DNA from: an uncultured virus (IMG/VR IMGVR_UViG_3300020051_001048)
Taxonomy: Duplodnaviria > Heunggongvirae > Uroviricota > Caudoviricetes
IMG/VR virus record: IMGVR_UViG_3300020051_001048
Reading direction: 5' to 3' (one strand)
Length of the DNA stretch: 64,000 bases
Numbering within the stretch: the first letter of the stretch is position 1; the number at the start of each line of letters is the position of its first letter. The notes under the pieces were generated by a model. That model saw only the letters and a program-made list of their open reading frames with translations. It did not search any database and was not told the DNA's origin. A program made the position numbers and the translations under genes. This document shows positions 9,268 through 20,500 of this stretch, in pieces.

Positions 9268-10305
9268 ATGAAGCAACATGAGCGGGAGTATTTTGTATCT
9301 AGGATAAGATTAGGAGAGTATTGGTTTAAAAGGAAGGATGTAAAACTTACTATACTTACGCCGACAGTTGAAGACGAATTAGAGTCAAATATCATATACA
9401 ATGAAGCCTATGAATCATCTTTTGATGAAGGTTGCATGACAGTAGATGATAATTTAAAATGGATGATTGATAATAAGCTATGGTCAGAAGAGGAAGATGC
9501 TAAGATAAAGACAATTAGAGAGGATGTAGAGAAATTAAAAATTAAGATATATGAAGAAAGAGTTAATACAGCACTGGTAAAAACTTCTAAGTTGTATCTT
9601 CAAGCCGCAAATAAAGCGCTGGATAAACTATTTGAAAAGAAGAATAAGTATTTTTCTAAAACCTGCGAGGGCATCGCAACTTCTGAAAAGTCATATGAAT
9701 TAACAAGAAGATGCACGTACTCTAATGGGCTAAGATACGGCTTTAATGAATACTCTATCGACTTCTTAACTAATTTCTTTTACTCGCAATTACTTTCAGA
9801 AACTTCTATTAGGCTCTTGGCTAGATCAGAACCTTGGAGAACTCTCTGGAATATATACGAGGATGATTACGATAAATTGTTTTTAAATAAGGATAGAGAA
9901 TTATCTGTAGATCAGAAGAACATGGTTATATGGTCTAAGATGTACGATAACATTCAAGAGTCTATGGACTGCCCTGAAAATGAAGTTATTGAAGATGATG
10001 ACATGTTGGATGGTTGGTTTCTAGTACAGAGTAGAAAAAGACAGCAAGAAAAGAAAGAAAAAGGAATGGAAGATAAACTTAACAGTAAGGTGGCTAATTC
10101 TCAAGAAGTATTTTTAATGGCTTCAGATAAAGAGAGTGCCAAGAAAATAGATGAAATTAACTCGGCTGGATCAAAGGCAGTAAAGCAGAGAAGATTTGCG
10201 CAAATTAGAAAACAAGGGAAAGTCGATCAAATAGATTTTCAAGATGAGCAGCTTAAATTAAAAACACAAGCCGCCCAAGGAATGAAAAATAACTTCAGGA
10301 GATAA
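9268..10305 (+). CDS. Putative tail assembly chaperone
   Basis: 345 aa, charged helical; P..EVIEDDDMLDGW motif; between tube and tape-measure genes. Confidence 0.55.
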   Translation: MKQHEREYFVSRIRLGEYWFKRKDVKLTILTPTVEDELESNIIYNEAYESSFDEGCMTVDDNLKWMIDNKLWSEEEDAKIKTIREDVEKLKIKIYEERVNTALVKTSKLYLQAANKALDKLFEKKNKYFSKTCEGIATSEKSYELTRRCTYSNGLRYGFNEYSIDFLTNFFYSQLLSETSIRLLARSEPWRTLWNIYEDDYDKLFLNKDRELSVDQKNMVIWSKMYDNIQESMDCPENEVIEDDDMLDGWFLVQSRKRQQEKKEKGMEDKLNSKVANSQEVFLMASDKESAKKIDEINSAGSKAVKQRRFAQIRKQGKVDQIDFQDEQLKLKTQAAQGMKNNFRR

Positions 10306-10306
10306 G

Positions 10307-10675
10307 ATGGAAAACTACAACTCTTTAATAAGACAGCATCAAGAGTATAAAAAAATTAAAGAGGAAAAATTTAATTTTGACTCTAAAGATAGACTATCTA
10401 AGATATTAAAAAAGAAAGTTACTACTACGATGATTGGTTCGCTTAGTAGTATTGAAAAACACTTCGGGTTTCTTTGGGAGGGTGATCCTAATGACATGAC
10501 ACCTGAGCAAAAAACGATGTACGAAATATATCAAAAAACCCGTCAGGAAATATTAGACAAGGGAAATGCGCAAGCTAAAAATGTTGATGCTGAGTTGTCT
10601 CAATATGATGTAAAATGGTTAAGATATTCTGTTAACATTCCAGTTAAAAACGATAAGGAAGGATCAAATGAATAG
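10307..10675 (+). CDS. Hypothetical helical protein (tail assembly region)
   Basis: AGGAG RBS; 122 aa; overlaps the next gene. Confidence 0.65.
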   Translation: MENYNSLIRQHQEYKKIKEEKFNFDSKDRLSKILKKKVTTTMIGSLSSIEKHFGFLWEGDPNDMTPEQKTMYEIYQKTRQEILDKGNAQAKNVDAELSQYDVKWLRYSVNIPVKNDKEGSNE

Positions 10676-11543
10676 AAAAGAAGTAGAAGTTAAGGTTGAT
10701 GACAAGGTTGTAAAGATATACGTTGTGCAGCCACCAACCAACGTGGTCTCTAAAGCAGATAGGTATAAAGCTAAAGTCTGGACTGAGTGTATTGAGGATG
10801 GTATTAAAACCAGAGAACAGCTTGGTGAGTTTATGATAGAAAAAGGCATCTGGTCTCAAGAGTCTGTCAGAGAAGAAACTGATATTATTGAGAAAATTTC
10901 TGAACTAGAAAAAGAATTATATCTAGGATCAAAAGATAAAAAGAAAAGACTTCTTAATGAAGGTAAAGAGATCGCTATAACGATGCGTTTTTTAAGACAA
11001 AGACTAAGAGATATTTATACAAAAAGATCTAACCTAGAACAAAACACGGCAGAAGCGCTGGCTGATAACGCAAGATTCGACTATATTGTAGCGAACTGTA
11101 CTTTCTATGAAAACGGACAAAGAGTGTATAAAGATATAGAAGATTATAACTCAAAAGCTTCTGATCAGATTGCATACTCAGCTGCCTCAAAACTAGCAGA
11201 AATGATGTATGGATATGATCCAAAAACTGAAGAAGCATTGCCGGAAAATAAATTCCTCAAAAGATTTGGTCTAGTTAACGATGACGGAAGTTTGGTTAAT
11301 CAAGACAAAGAACTGGTTGACCTTGAAGGTAGAAGAATAAATGAGTTTGGTCATTATGTTGACGAAAAGGGGAATAGGGTTGATATTACAGGAAACCCTT
11401 TAGATGAAGATGGTAATTATCTATTAACTGTTGAGTATGAGTCTGAAGATAAACCAAAAGAGAAACCTAAAACTCGTAGACCGAGAGTAAAGAAAACAAC
11501 AAAGAAAACTACAGAAAGTAAAACGGATAGTGTAGCTCAATAA
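10668..11543 (+). CDS. Putative tail assembly chaperone
   Basis: 291 aa; N-terminal half resembles 9268..10305 (WS..E..I..L..ELY...TAE..A..A); immediately before the tape measure. Confidence 0.55.
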   Translation: MNRKEVEVKVDDKVVKIYVVQPPTNVVSKADRYKAKVWTECIEDGIKTREQLGEFMIEKGIWSQESVREETDIIEKISELEKELYLGSKDKKKRLLNEGKEIAITMRFLRQRLRDIYTKRSNLEQNTAEALADNARFDYIVANCTFYENGQRVYKDIEDYNSKASDQIAYSAASKLAEMMYGYDPKTEEALPENKFLKRFGLVNDDGSLVNQDKELVDLEGRRINEFGHYVDEKGNRVDITGNPLDEDGNYLLTVEYESEDKPKEKPKTRRPRVKKTTKKTTESKTDSVAQ

Positions 11544-11563
11544 CACCATATTAGAGAGCAAAA

Positions 11564-14500
11564 ATGTCTAAATTCGTATTAACTGCCGAGCTAGAGCTAC
11601 GCGCACCTAGAAATTCTAGGCAAATAATCAGCAATATACAGAATCAGCTAAATGGCGTAAAGATAGACCTAAAGGTTAAAAATAGCGCCCAAGCTGCTAG
11701 ACAGATTGCTGGTGTCAATAAACAGCTTAAAGAATCTAATGATTTAGCATCTAACCTCGGCAAGAATTTAGGCGTATCTATAAGAAGGTTTACAGCTTTT
11801 GCTATTGCTACTAGGGGTGTTAGTTTATTTACTAATAGCCTTAGTAATGCAACCAAAGAGGCTATTGATTTTGAAAGAGAGTTGATTAAAATCTCTCAAG
11901 TTACTAGGAGGGATATTGAAGACCTTCAAGAACTAGAAAATACAATCACAAGGCTAGCTACTTCTCTTGGTGCTTCTTCTCAGTCTCTTCTTTCTGCTAC
12001 GAGAATATTGGCTCAGGCTGGTATTGAAGCCTCAAGATTAGAAGTTGCATTAACAGCTTTAGCAAAGACTACTCTAGCGCCTACGTTTGAAGATATTGGT
12101 AAAACAGCGGAAGGTGCCATTGCTATCCTTAGTCAGTTTGGTAAGGGTGTTGGCGCGTTGGAGCAACAGCTTGGTGCAATCAATGCTGTGGCTGGTCAAT
12201 TTGCTGTCGAATCTGGTGACTTGATATCTGCCGTTCGCCGTACTGGTGGTGTGTTTGTTTCTGCGGGCGGTCAGCTAGAAGAGCTTTTAGGTCTTTTCAC
12301 TAGTGTTCGTGCTACTACTCGTGAAAGCGCAGAAAGTATTGCAACTGGTTTGCGTACAATTCTGACACGTATTCAGCGACCAACTACTATTAAATACCTA
12401 GAACAGTTTGGCGTTAAGTTAACTGATCTCAATGGCAAGTTTGTTGGTCCATTTGAAGCTATCAAAAGATTAAGTCAGGCGTTAAGGGGGCTAGAGCAGG
12501 GTGATATTAAATTTGTCGAAATAGCCGAAGAGCTTGGTGGGTTTAGACAGATTGGTAAAGTTATCCCTCTTTTGCAGCAGTTTGAGGTTGCAGAACGAGC
12601 TAGACAAGCCGCTATTGAAGGTGGGTCAAGCTTAGATGAAGATGCTAGAAAAGCCCAAGCATCTCTCGCCGTTCAAATAGAAAAGACCAGAGAAAAATTC
12701 TTAGCTTTGATTAGGTCTTTTTCTGAAACGGGAACTTTTCAAACTGCTAGCAGAACTGTTCTGCGTCTTGCAGATTCTTTTGTGCAATTAGCTGATGCTA
12801 TTAAACCCATCTTGCCTTTAATCGGAGCTGTTGGTGCATTTAAAGCCTTAAAGGGTATATCTGGATTTGGCAGGGCGCTTAAAGGTGGTTTCACTGGTCA
12901 GACCAGAAATCAGGGCGGTAAGATATTAGGATTTAATACCGGTGGATTCGTACCCGGAGTTGGTAACAGTGATACCGTTCCCGCTATGCTTACGCCGGGA
13001 GAATTTGTTATAAGAAAAGCTAGTGTTAAAAAGCTTGGCACTGGTAATCTTGCGGCGATGAATGAGAATAGATATGCTGACGGGGGCTTTGTCAGCACGA
13101 AGAGATTAGCAAATCCGCGCGTGCAGGGCGGAAAAACGATACAGAATTTATTAGGTGCTAACCGTGGAAAAGGCTGGACTAGCATTGATGAATTTAAAGT
13201 CCCTTATCGTATTTCTCAAGTAGATCCATATTCTAAGTCTGTTCCTAAAAAATTAAGAGATGAATATTCAGAATCAGCAAACGCTTCTAAAAGAGGCTTT
13301 GTTTTTGAAAATATTGTTTCGCGTGTTAAAAAAAGAAAACTAAATAAAAACAATGAATTTCTAGATGCTAAAAACGCAGAAATAAAAAGCGATAAAAGGT
13401 TTTCAGAGAAAAAATCTGGAGGATTAAAAAGTTCTGCATACAAAACTATTGTTGCAAAAACATTAAATACAGTTTTATCACGTAAAAAAGTTGAAGATTT
13501 AGATTTTACTTCAAATAAAGATAAAAAAGATCTAAGTTCTTATATAACCGCTGGGCAAATTACGGTATATACAGATCCAAGCATTGAAAAATGGGAGAGT
13601 CAAAATAAAAACCTCGGTGGTTTAATTCAAAAATTCGCCACTGGTGGCATTGTAGATCAAAAAGCTGCCGGAGCTGCTATTCTAGATCCAGAAGCCGCCT
13701 CTAGTAAAAAAGTAAATATTACCGGCGAAGATATAAAGAAAGAATTTACAGAATTCAAATCTCTACCAAAGGGCAAAGATCCTGTATCTAAATATTACAA
13801 ATCTTCAAGTTTTAATATTGCTAAGTCTGGATTAAATAAAGAAACATCTGACAAATTTAAAATGTCACTTGAAGACGGTCTTGTTGCAGGTATCAATACA
13901 TCCACGGCGTCTCTCGCAAATGATCTTGGAACACCCAATGCTAAAATAGATAAAAGTCAAATATCTAATTTTATTAAGAGTATAAATACTTCTATATTTG
14001 GTAGATTGTTTGAAACTACAATGGACTCTATTTCTAGGAGCGGTCAGTATGCTACTCCTGATAATGATTCAGATAGACCTTTCGACGCTCCAAATGGATT
14101 GCCCGCATCTTTAAAAGATAACTTTTCTGGACTTCCAGATCAATATATTGATTATAAAGCTAGCTTAGAAGCTGCTAGCGATGCAAACATGAAAGGCAAG
14201 ATTGTCGATCAAATCAAAAGAGAGCTTATACAAGATGGTATTCTCAATGAAGAATACCCAAGAAAAGAGTTTAGAGATAAAGAAAGGGCTTCTTCGCAAG
14301 CTAAAACAGAAAAGAAAAAACGGGCGAATCAGGCTGCTGGTCGTGGCTTCCCTGTAAAAAGGGCGAATGGTGGTCCCGCTCCGTCTGATACTGTTCCAGC
14401 TCTTTTGACTCCGGGCGAATTTGTCTTTAATGAAAAATCGGCTCGGAGTATCGGCTATGCTAATCTAAATAAGATGAATAAGCAAGGTGTTGCTGGGTTT

Positions 14501-17500
14501 GCCAAAGGCGGTCCCGTTGGCTTTAAGAGGTTTGCCGAAGGCGGCAATGTTGACTTTGGAGACAGGGATTCGTCTAACAGAGAGGTATTTAACATTCACT
14601 CTGAAGAAGGTTCGCAGAAGTTTGACTTTGCTTTTATAGACAGTCTGGAAGATGCTGTTAAGGAGCTGAAAACTACACTATCCGGTTTAGGTAAAAGCTT
14701 TGATGATATAGAAGCAATTGGGGATGCATTTGGTGAAAATCTCAAAGAGGGCGGTTCAGCTCTTGACATTCTTGTTTCTACCCTTTGGGATTTTGGCATG
14801 ACGGTGGAAAAAACAGGAGAAACCGTGGAGTCGGAAATTGAAGGAATGTTAGGTAGATCTAATGACAAAAAAGAAAAAACATCTCCGCAAAAAGAAAAAA
14901 CATCTCCACAAGCAGAGGTAGCAAACAAGAAAGCTGCACAGCAGGTCGCTACACCTCAAAAGTCAGGCTTATTAAGTAATGCCAACCAGAAATTAGATAA
15001 TATTAACAAAAAGGGTGAAGAGGTATTTGAAAAGGTCTTTAAGTCCATTGATCGTGGCGGAATGAAGGTCTATGATTTTTTTGCAGACTTTGCAAGTAAG
15101 GCAAAAACTTCTGGAGATAAGGTTTCAGAAAGTTTAGATAACGCAGCTGAAGAAATATCTAAGACACCTATAAATAGCCCAGCGCAAAGCTCTTTGTCTA
15201 ACAAGCCTTCAGACGGTCAGGCAGGCGCAGGTGCTGATGATCTTATAAATAGCACTAAGGAGCTGGCCGAGGCGAATAAAGAAAACGCAGATCAGGTTCA
15301 GAAAAAATCTGCCGCAGAAATTTTCGGCTCTATTACTATGGCTTCTGCTTTTATACCGAGGGTAGAAGAAGCCTCTACAGCTGCTCAAAGGATGCAAAAT
15401 AGCTTTCTTGATAGTGTCACAACTATAAGCGCAACCATTACGGCTTTAGAGGCTTTTGGTATTAGTTTAAATAAGCAGTCGTTACTTGGTGGGTTTGGTG
15501 GTAAAGGTGGATTTGGCAAGGGCTTTAAGAATATTCTGAAAGGGGTTGGCGCAAGAGTAGCAGTATTTGGCTCTATTGCTTATGCAGCGGGTAGTCTAAT
15601 AGACGCATACTCAGGAAAACAGGAAGAGGCCAACAAAGCAATAGAAGAAGGAAATGTTGCGCAGGCCGCTAGAGCTTCCGTAGAAGCTCAGGTTGCTAGC
15701 TCTCAAACGAAATTGGCAACCGCAGCTGTTGCTCTTGGTTCGGCATTTGGCCCCATTGGACTTGGTGTTGGGCTTGTAGCCGGTGGTTTAATAAAATTCG
15801 GATTAAGTACAGAGCAAGCTACATATATTACAGATCAGTTTGGTAGGATTACTGGCAACACGACCGCTTTAGTTGCGGCTCAAGCTACGGCGGCAGCCGA
15901 AAGGGTTAGGCTAGATAAACAATTAGCAGAGTCTTCTAAGAAGGCTTCTCAAACTTTAGAGGCATTTGCTCAGGGTGGCGCAACGTTAGATCAGGCTTTG
16001 ATGGCTTTGAGCGGTGGTTTAAAAGAAGAAATGCAAATTTCTGAATCTAAAACAAGACTTGCTCAAGCAGAAATAGCAGCTCAAAAACAAAGAACCAGTA
16101 TTTTAGGGTTTGGCGGCCCAGACGAAGAAGTAATATCTAAAAATAGTAAAACAATAGAAGAAGAAACCAAGAATAGAGAAAAGCTAGCAACAGAAGCCTT
16201 GAAAAAAGGTATAAGCTCTGAGATTTTAAGAAAAGCCATCAATAATAGTATAGCTGCGGGTAAGCCAGTTAGCGCAGAAGAACTTATTAACAAGATCATA
16301 CCAAAAGAAGCAAGAGGTATGATTGATGATGAAGATATTAAAAATGCTGAACTAGCTATAAATAATATGGCAGATGCCGCCCAAAGAAATGCAGATTTCT
16401 TGAGAGCATTGAACTTTGGACTTCAAGGTGTAACAGCCGCCATTGATGCTAGAGTCGTCAAGGTGGAAAATACAATTGCCTCTTTTGAGCCGGGCTTTAA
16501 CAGCCTTTCGATTGCCGCTAGAACTTTAGAGGCTTCAATAACCGCTGCTGGAGCTAATATCGACTCGGCTTCAATTGATAAGTCTTTAGTCTCTCTAGAA
16601 CAGCAATTTTTAAGATTTGGTGGAGACCAAAAAGAGGTTGAAAATCTATCTAACACAATACGTGAATTAAATAGAATACAAAAAGAAGCTGTAAATATTA
16701 TACCTAATATAAATAAAAAATTAGAAGAAAATATTGATTTTACCGGTGGTGGTACTGGGTTGACAGATATTCTTAAAGAAGAGCTACTTGAATTAGTGCC
16801 AGATGACTCACCAATTAGAGATAGGCTCTTAGCTATAATCGGTAATCTTGATTTTGACAAACTTCCAGAAGAAATACAGAATCAGATTAAAAAGGGAGAT
16901 ATTAGCGGACTTGTTCAAAGTGTCTTTGGAGAGTTGGGTCAAGCTACTCAAGTTCAAATAGAGTCATTTAAAAAGACTGGTGAATTGCAAGATAAGCTAA
17001 AACCAATTCTACAAAAAAGAATTGAATTAGAGAAAGATTTGGTTTCAGCTCAGAAAGAGGCGCTTAAAGTTCAAATTGAAGCGGCTAAAGCTATAGAAAA
17101 ATTTGGTGGCCCGGCTGTAACCTTTGCGGACCAGTTAGAAAACCTAAATAGGCAATTAAACCTTGATTTGGCAGCCGCAGGTATAGGTGGAACGGCTAGC
17201 GGCTCTTCTCCTGATGACCTTGTGGCTATCAATAGGAGATTAGTAGCAGAAATTGAAAGTATAAATGCAGCTGGCCCACTTCCCGAAGAGCAGGGCGAAG
17301 AACAAAAAGCAAGAAGATCACAACTAGAGACATTGCAAAAATCTTTGCTTGACAACCTAAGACAGAGAATCGGTTTAACTGAGCAAGAAATAGAGCTAGC
17401 CAAGAAGAAAAACGATCTAGAAAAATCTGCATTACAAAAGTTGATAGAGGGCGATGCTATAGGTTTCTTTGAGCAACAAGAAACTGCCGCTGCCGCTTCA

Positions 17501-20500
17501 GCATTAAAGTCGGGGGATGATCGAGCCTTGAGATTGTTTACTCAAGATGCAATAGGTAGAGCATTTGCTAGCCTTCAAACTGAAGACCAAACACCACAAG
17601 AGAGAAGAAGGCAGGCTAGAGCTGCTCTTGGCGGCTTTGCAACCGAAGAAAATGTTTCTGTTTTAAGCGAAACTACTCCAGAACTACTCGACTTACAGCG
17701 ATCTGGTAGAGAAGCTGCGCAGGCTCTTCGAGAAGTAGCTGACACTGCTAGTCAAATTGTTAAAAGCGATTTAGTTAAAGTTGACGCCAACGTTGTAGAG
17801 CTAAGGGGTCAAATTAATGAACCGCAAAAAGTCGCAGGAAGTACACAAGGACTCTCTAGCGGTGGTACTGTTTATGCCAACAATGGAGTATTTGTACCAA
17901 GGGGTACAGATACTGTTCCAGCTATGCTCACACCCGGAGAGTTTGTTGTAAATAGAAAAGCTGTTCAAAGTGGTAATAATTTATCAATGTTACAAAATAT
18001 GAATAGCGGTAAAACCGTTTATGCTAGCACTGGTGGTATGATTAGTAACGGTGTTCTATATGCTAGTGATGGTGTTGATCTTACTCAAGCACTTGGAATT
18101 CTAGGTCAAAGCGCTGATATAGAAGAAAAAGATGGCGTATATTATATGACTCGTGGTGATGGTTCTAAATTTGTTGTACAGGATACTAGAACTATTGCAG
18201 CGATAGAAAAAGCTTTTGCCGACAGAAGAGCTAGGGTTAATGCTGGTAGAGCTGAAGTAAATCAAGGAGGAGCAGAGATTGTTGGTAGAGGGACTTTAAA
18301 TATGGCTTCTCTGTTGGCTGCGGCAGATCCAACAGGTACTTCTGATCTTACCGTTGGGATTTTAGCTGCTATTGCTGGAAACGTTACAGACGCAGAGCTA
18401 GCTGATAAATATCAAGGCGCTGCTGTTGCGGGAGTTATGGGCGCTGGAATGACTGGAGCTTTAAATAGAGGTAACTTGCTAAACCAGACAGCCATTAGTA
18501 AAACTGTTAATAAAATTAAAGATGGAGATTTTGGTGGACCCGGAGCTGCTGGGATATTAGAGCAATCCATCAAAAAATCCATTGTAGATAGCCCCCCAGT
18601 AGGAAAGCTTGCTGATTCTACCACTACAAGATCAACCGCTTATGCTGACGACATAATGAGAACAGCAGAAGAATCGGTTGGTGTAACCGCTAAAAAAGTG
18701 GCTTCTAGCAAGGTTTCCGCAGAAGCTGCTGCTAAAAATCAAAAAATTACCCAAGGAATACTACAAGAAGCTGAAAAAGTAAAAGTAACAAAGTCTAATA
18801 AAATAGATATAAGACCACTTCCCGAAGGTAAAAAGTTTAGAAGGTATGGTGCCGCCAATTTTGAAACTCTTGAGTTAAAGCTTTTTAAGGGGGCGGATGG
18901 TCAAACTCTTACTCATGAAGGTCTTCACTTAGCTTCTTTTTTGATGGGGAAGCAGCAAGCTAAACTTGGCATTAGCGCCGTTCCTTCTGAAGCCATATCC
19001 GCACTTCAAAAAGCCTTAGCTGAAAAAGGTATTGATGTATCAGAACAATCTTTGAAGATTATGTCTAAAAACGCTGGCATAAGACAAGCAGGTAGAGCGC
19101 CAGCAGGTAGAGCGCCAGCCGGTGCTAATGAAATTGCATTAAGGAGATTATCTGATTTTCAAGAAGAAGTTTCAGTAGCTCAAGCTTTAAAATGGGGAGA
19201 GGGATTGAAAAATATTAAGACTGGTTCTATACGCAACACAAGACAAAGATTATTATCTGATTTAAATGCAACTAAAGATGTAACAATGCAAAAACAAATA
19301 ATGGATCAGCTAAACAGCACATATGGAGTAAAAAATAACCCGTTTGCAATTAAAGATGGTAAGTATATTCTAAATAATAAATCGAACTTAGGTGGGGTTG
19401 ATATAGTTGATAAAAATATCTTTAATCCTAAGATTAAACAAGCAGACCTTGAAAAATCCTTAACGAATGTTAGTAATAAAAATACTGTAGAGCAAATGGC
19501 TGAAAACGCTAATGTGGCGGCTAAAGAATTTGCCGAGTCTCAAAAACCGCCAACCGTTAAGCCCACGTCCGACGAACCGACTGATTACATTTCAGAAGCT
19601 TTGAAACTTGATAAACAACCCCGTAAACCGCCAGTCGCTAAAACCACAGATGAAGGTTATACGCTTCAGCCCACATTGAATAGACGAGCTAACCCAGTTG
19701 TTGAAGATGCAATGAAGGGTGCTGGCCTTCGTTCAGCCGCATCGGAGGCTAAAGCCGCAAAATCCGCATCGGAGGCTTCAGACGCTGGAAAGTCTGCGTT
19801 TAGCGCTGAAAGAATCGGGCAGCTTAAAAAGAACTTATTAGTTCGCATGTCTAGATTGAGCAACAAAATGGGTAGTAAATCAATTGTTGAAATCTTTGAA
19901 AAAGAATTGTCTCAACTTAAAATGACTAAAGAAGAGTTAGCCGGTGCGTTGGGCGCTATTGGTGGAGGAGCTAAGGCGACGGGGATTGTCGCTGCTGGTG
20001 GCTCTACTAGAGCAATAGTTCAAGCTGTTATAAATAGCGATGTTCCAACAGGCTTTGATAAAACCACAGAACAGGCTATAAACTTAGGGTTTACAGTTTC
20101 TGAAAATGAAGACTTGCGTCCAGAGCGAAAAGAGGTCAACGACTTAATTTCTCAAATTGCAGACGCTGGACTTACCGAGGACGTTGTTGAAGCTAGAGAA
20201 TTTTTATTAGAAGAGGCTTCTTTAAGATATCCCAATCTCTCTGAAGATGAACTTATAGATCAAATTCTTCAAGATAGAAATGACAAACTTAAAGAAAAAG
20301 AACGGTCAGAGAGGCTCGCACAGCAAGCTTTAGATAGCAGAAGGAGGCGTCGAATTGATTATGCTAAAAATTTCTCAACTAAGGAGCTTTTAGAAAACAG
20401 TGAAGCCTTTACTCTTCAAAATGTATTAGAAAAAGAAGCTCTCGACAGAGAGATTTATAGTTCCAACGTCACGACGGGTGCTGCTGAAGCAAAAATTAAT

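Noticed and set aside
9268..11543. Classical -1 frameshifted tail chaperone pair
   Set aside because: Three separate ORFs, each with its own SD-like sequence and stop; no convincing slippery site at a junction.
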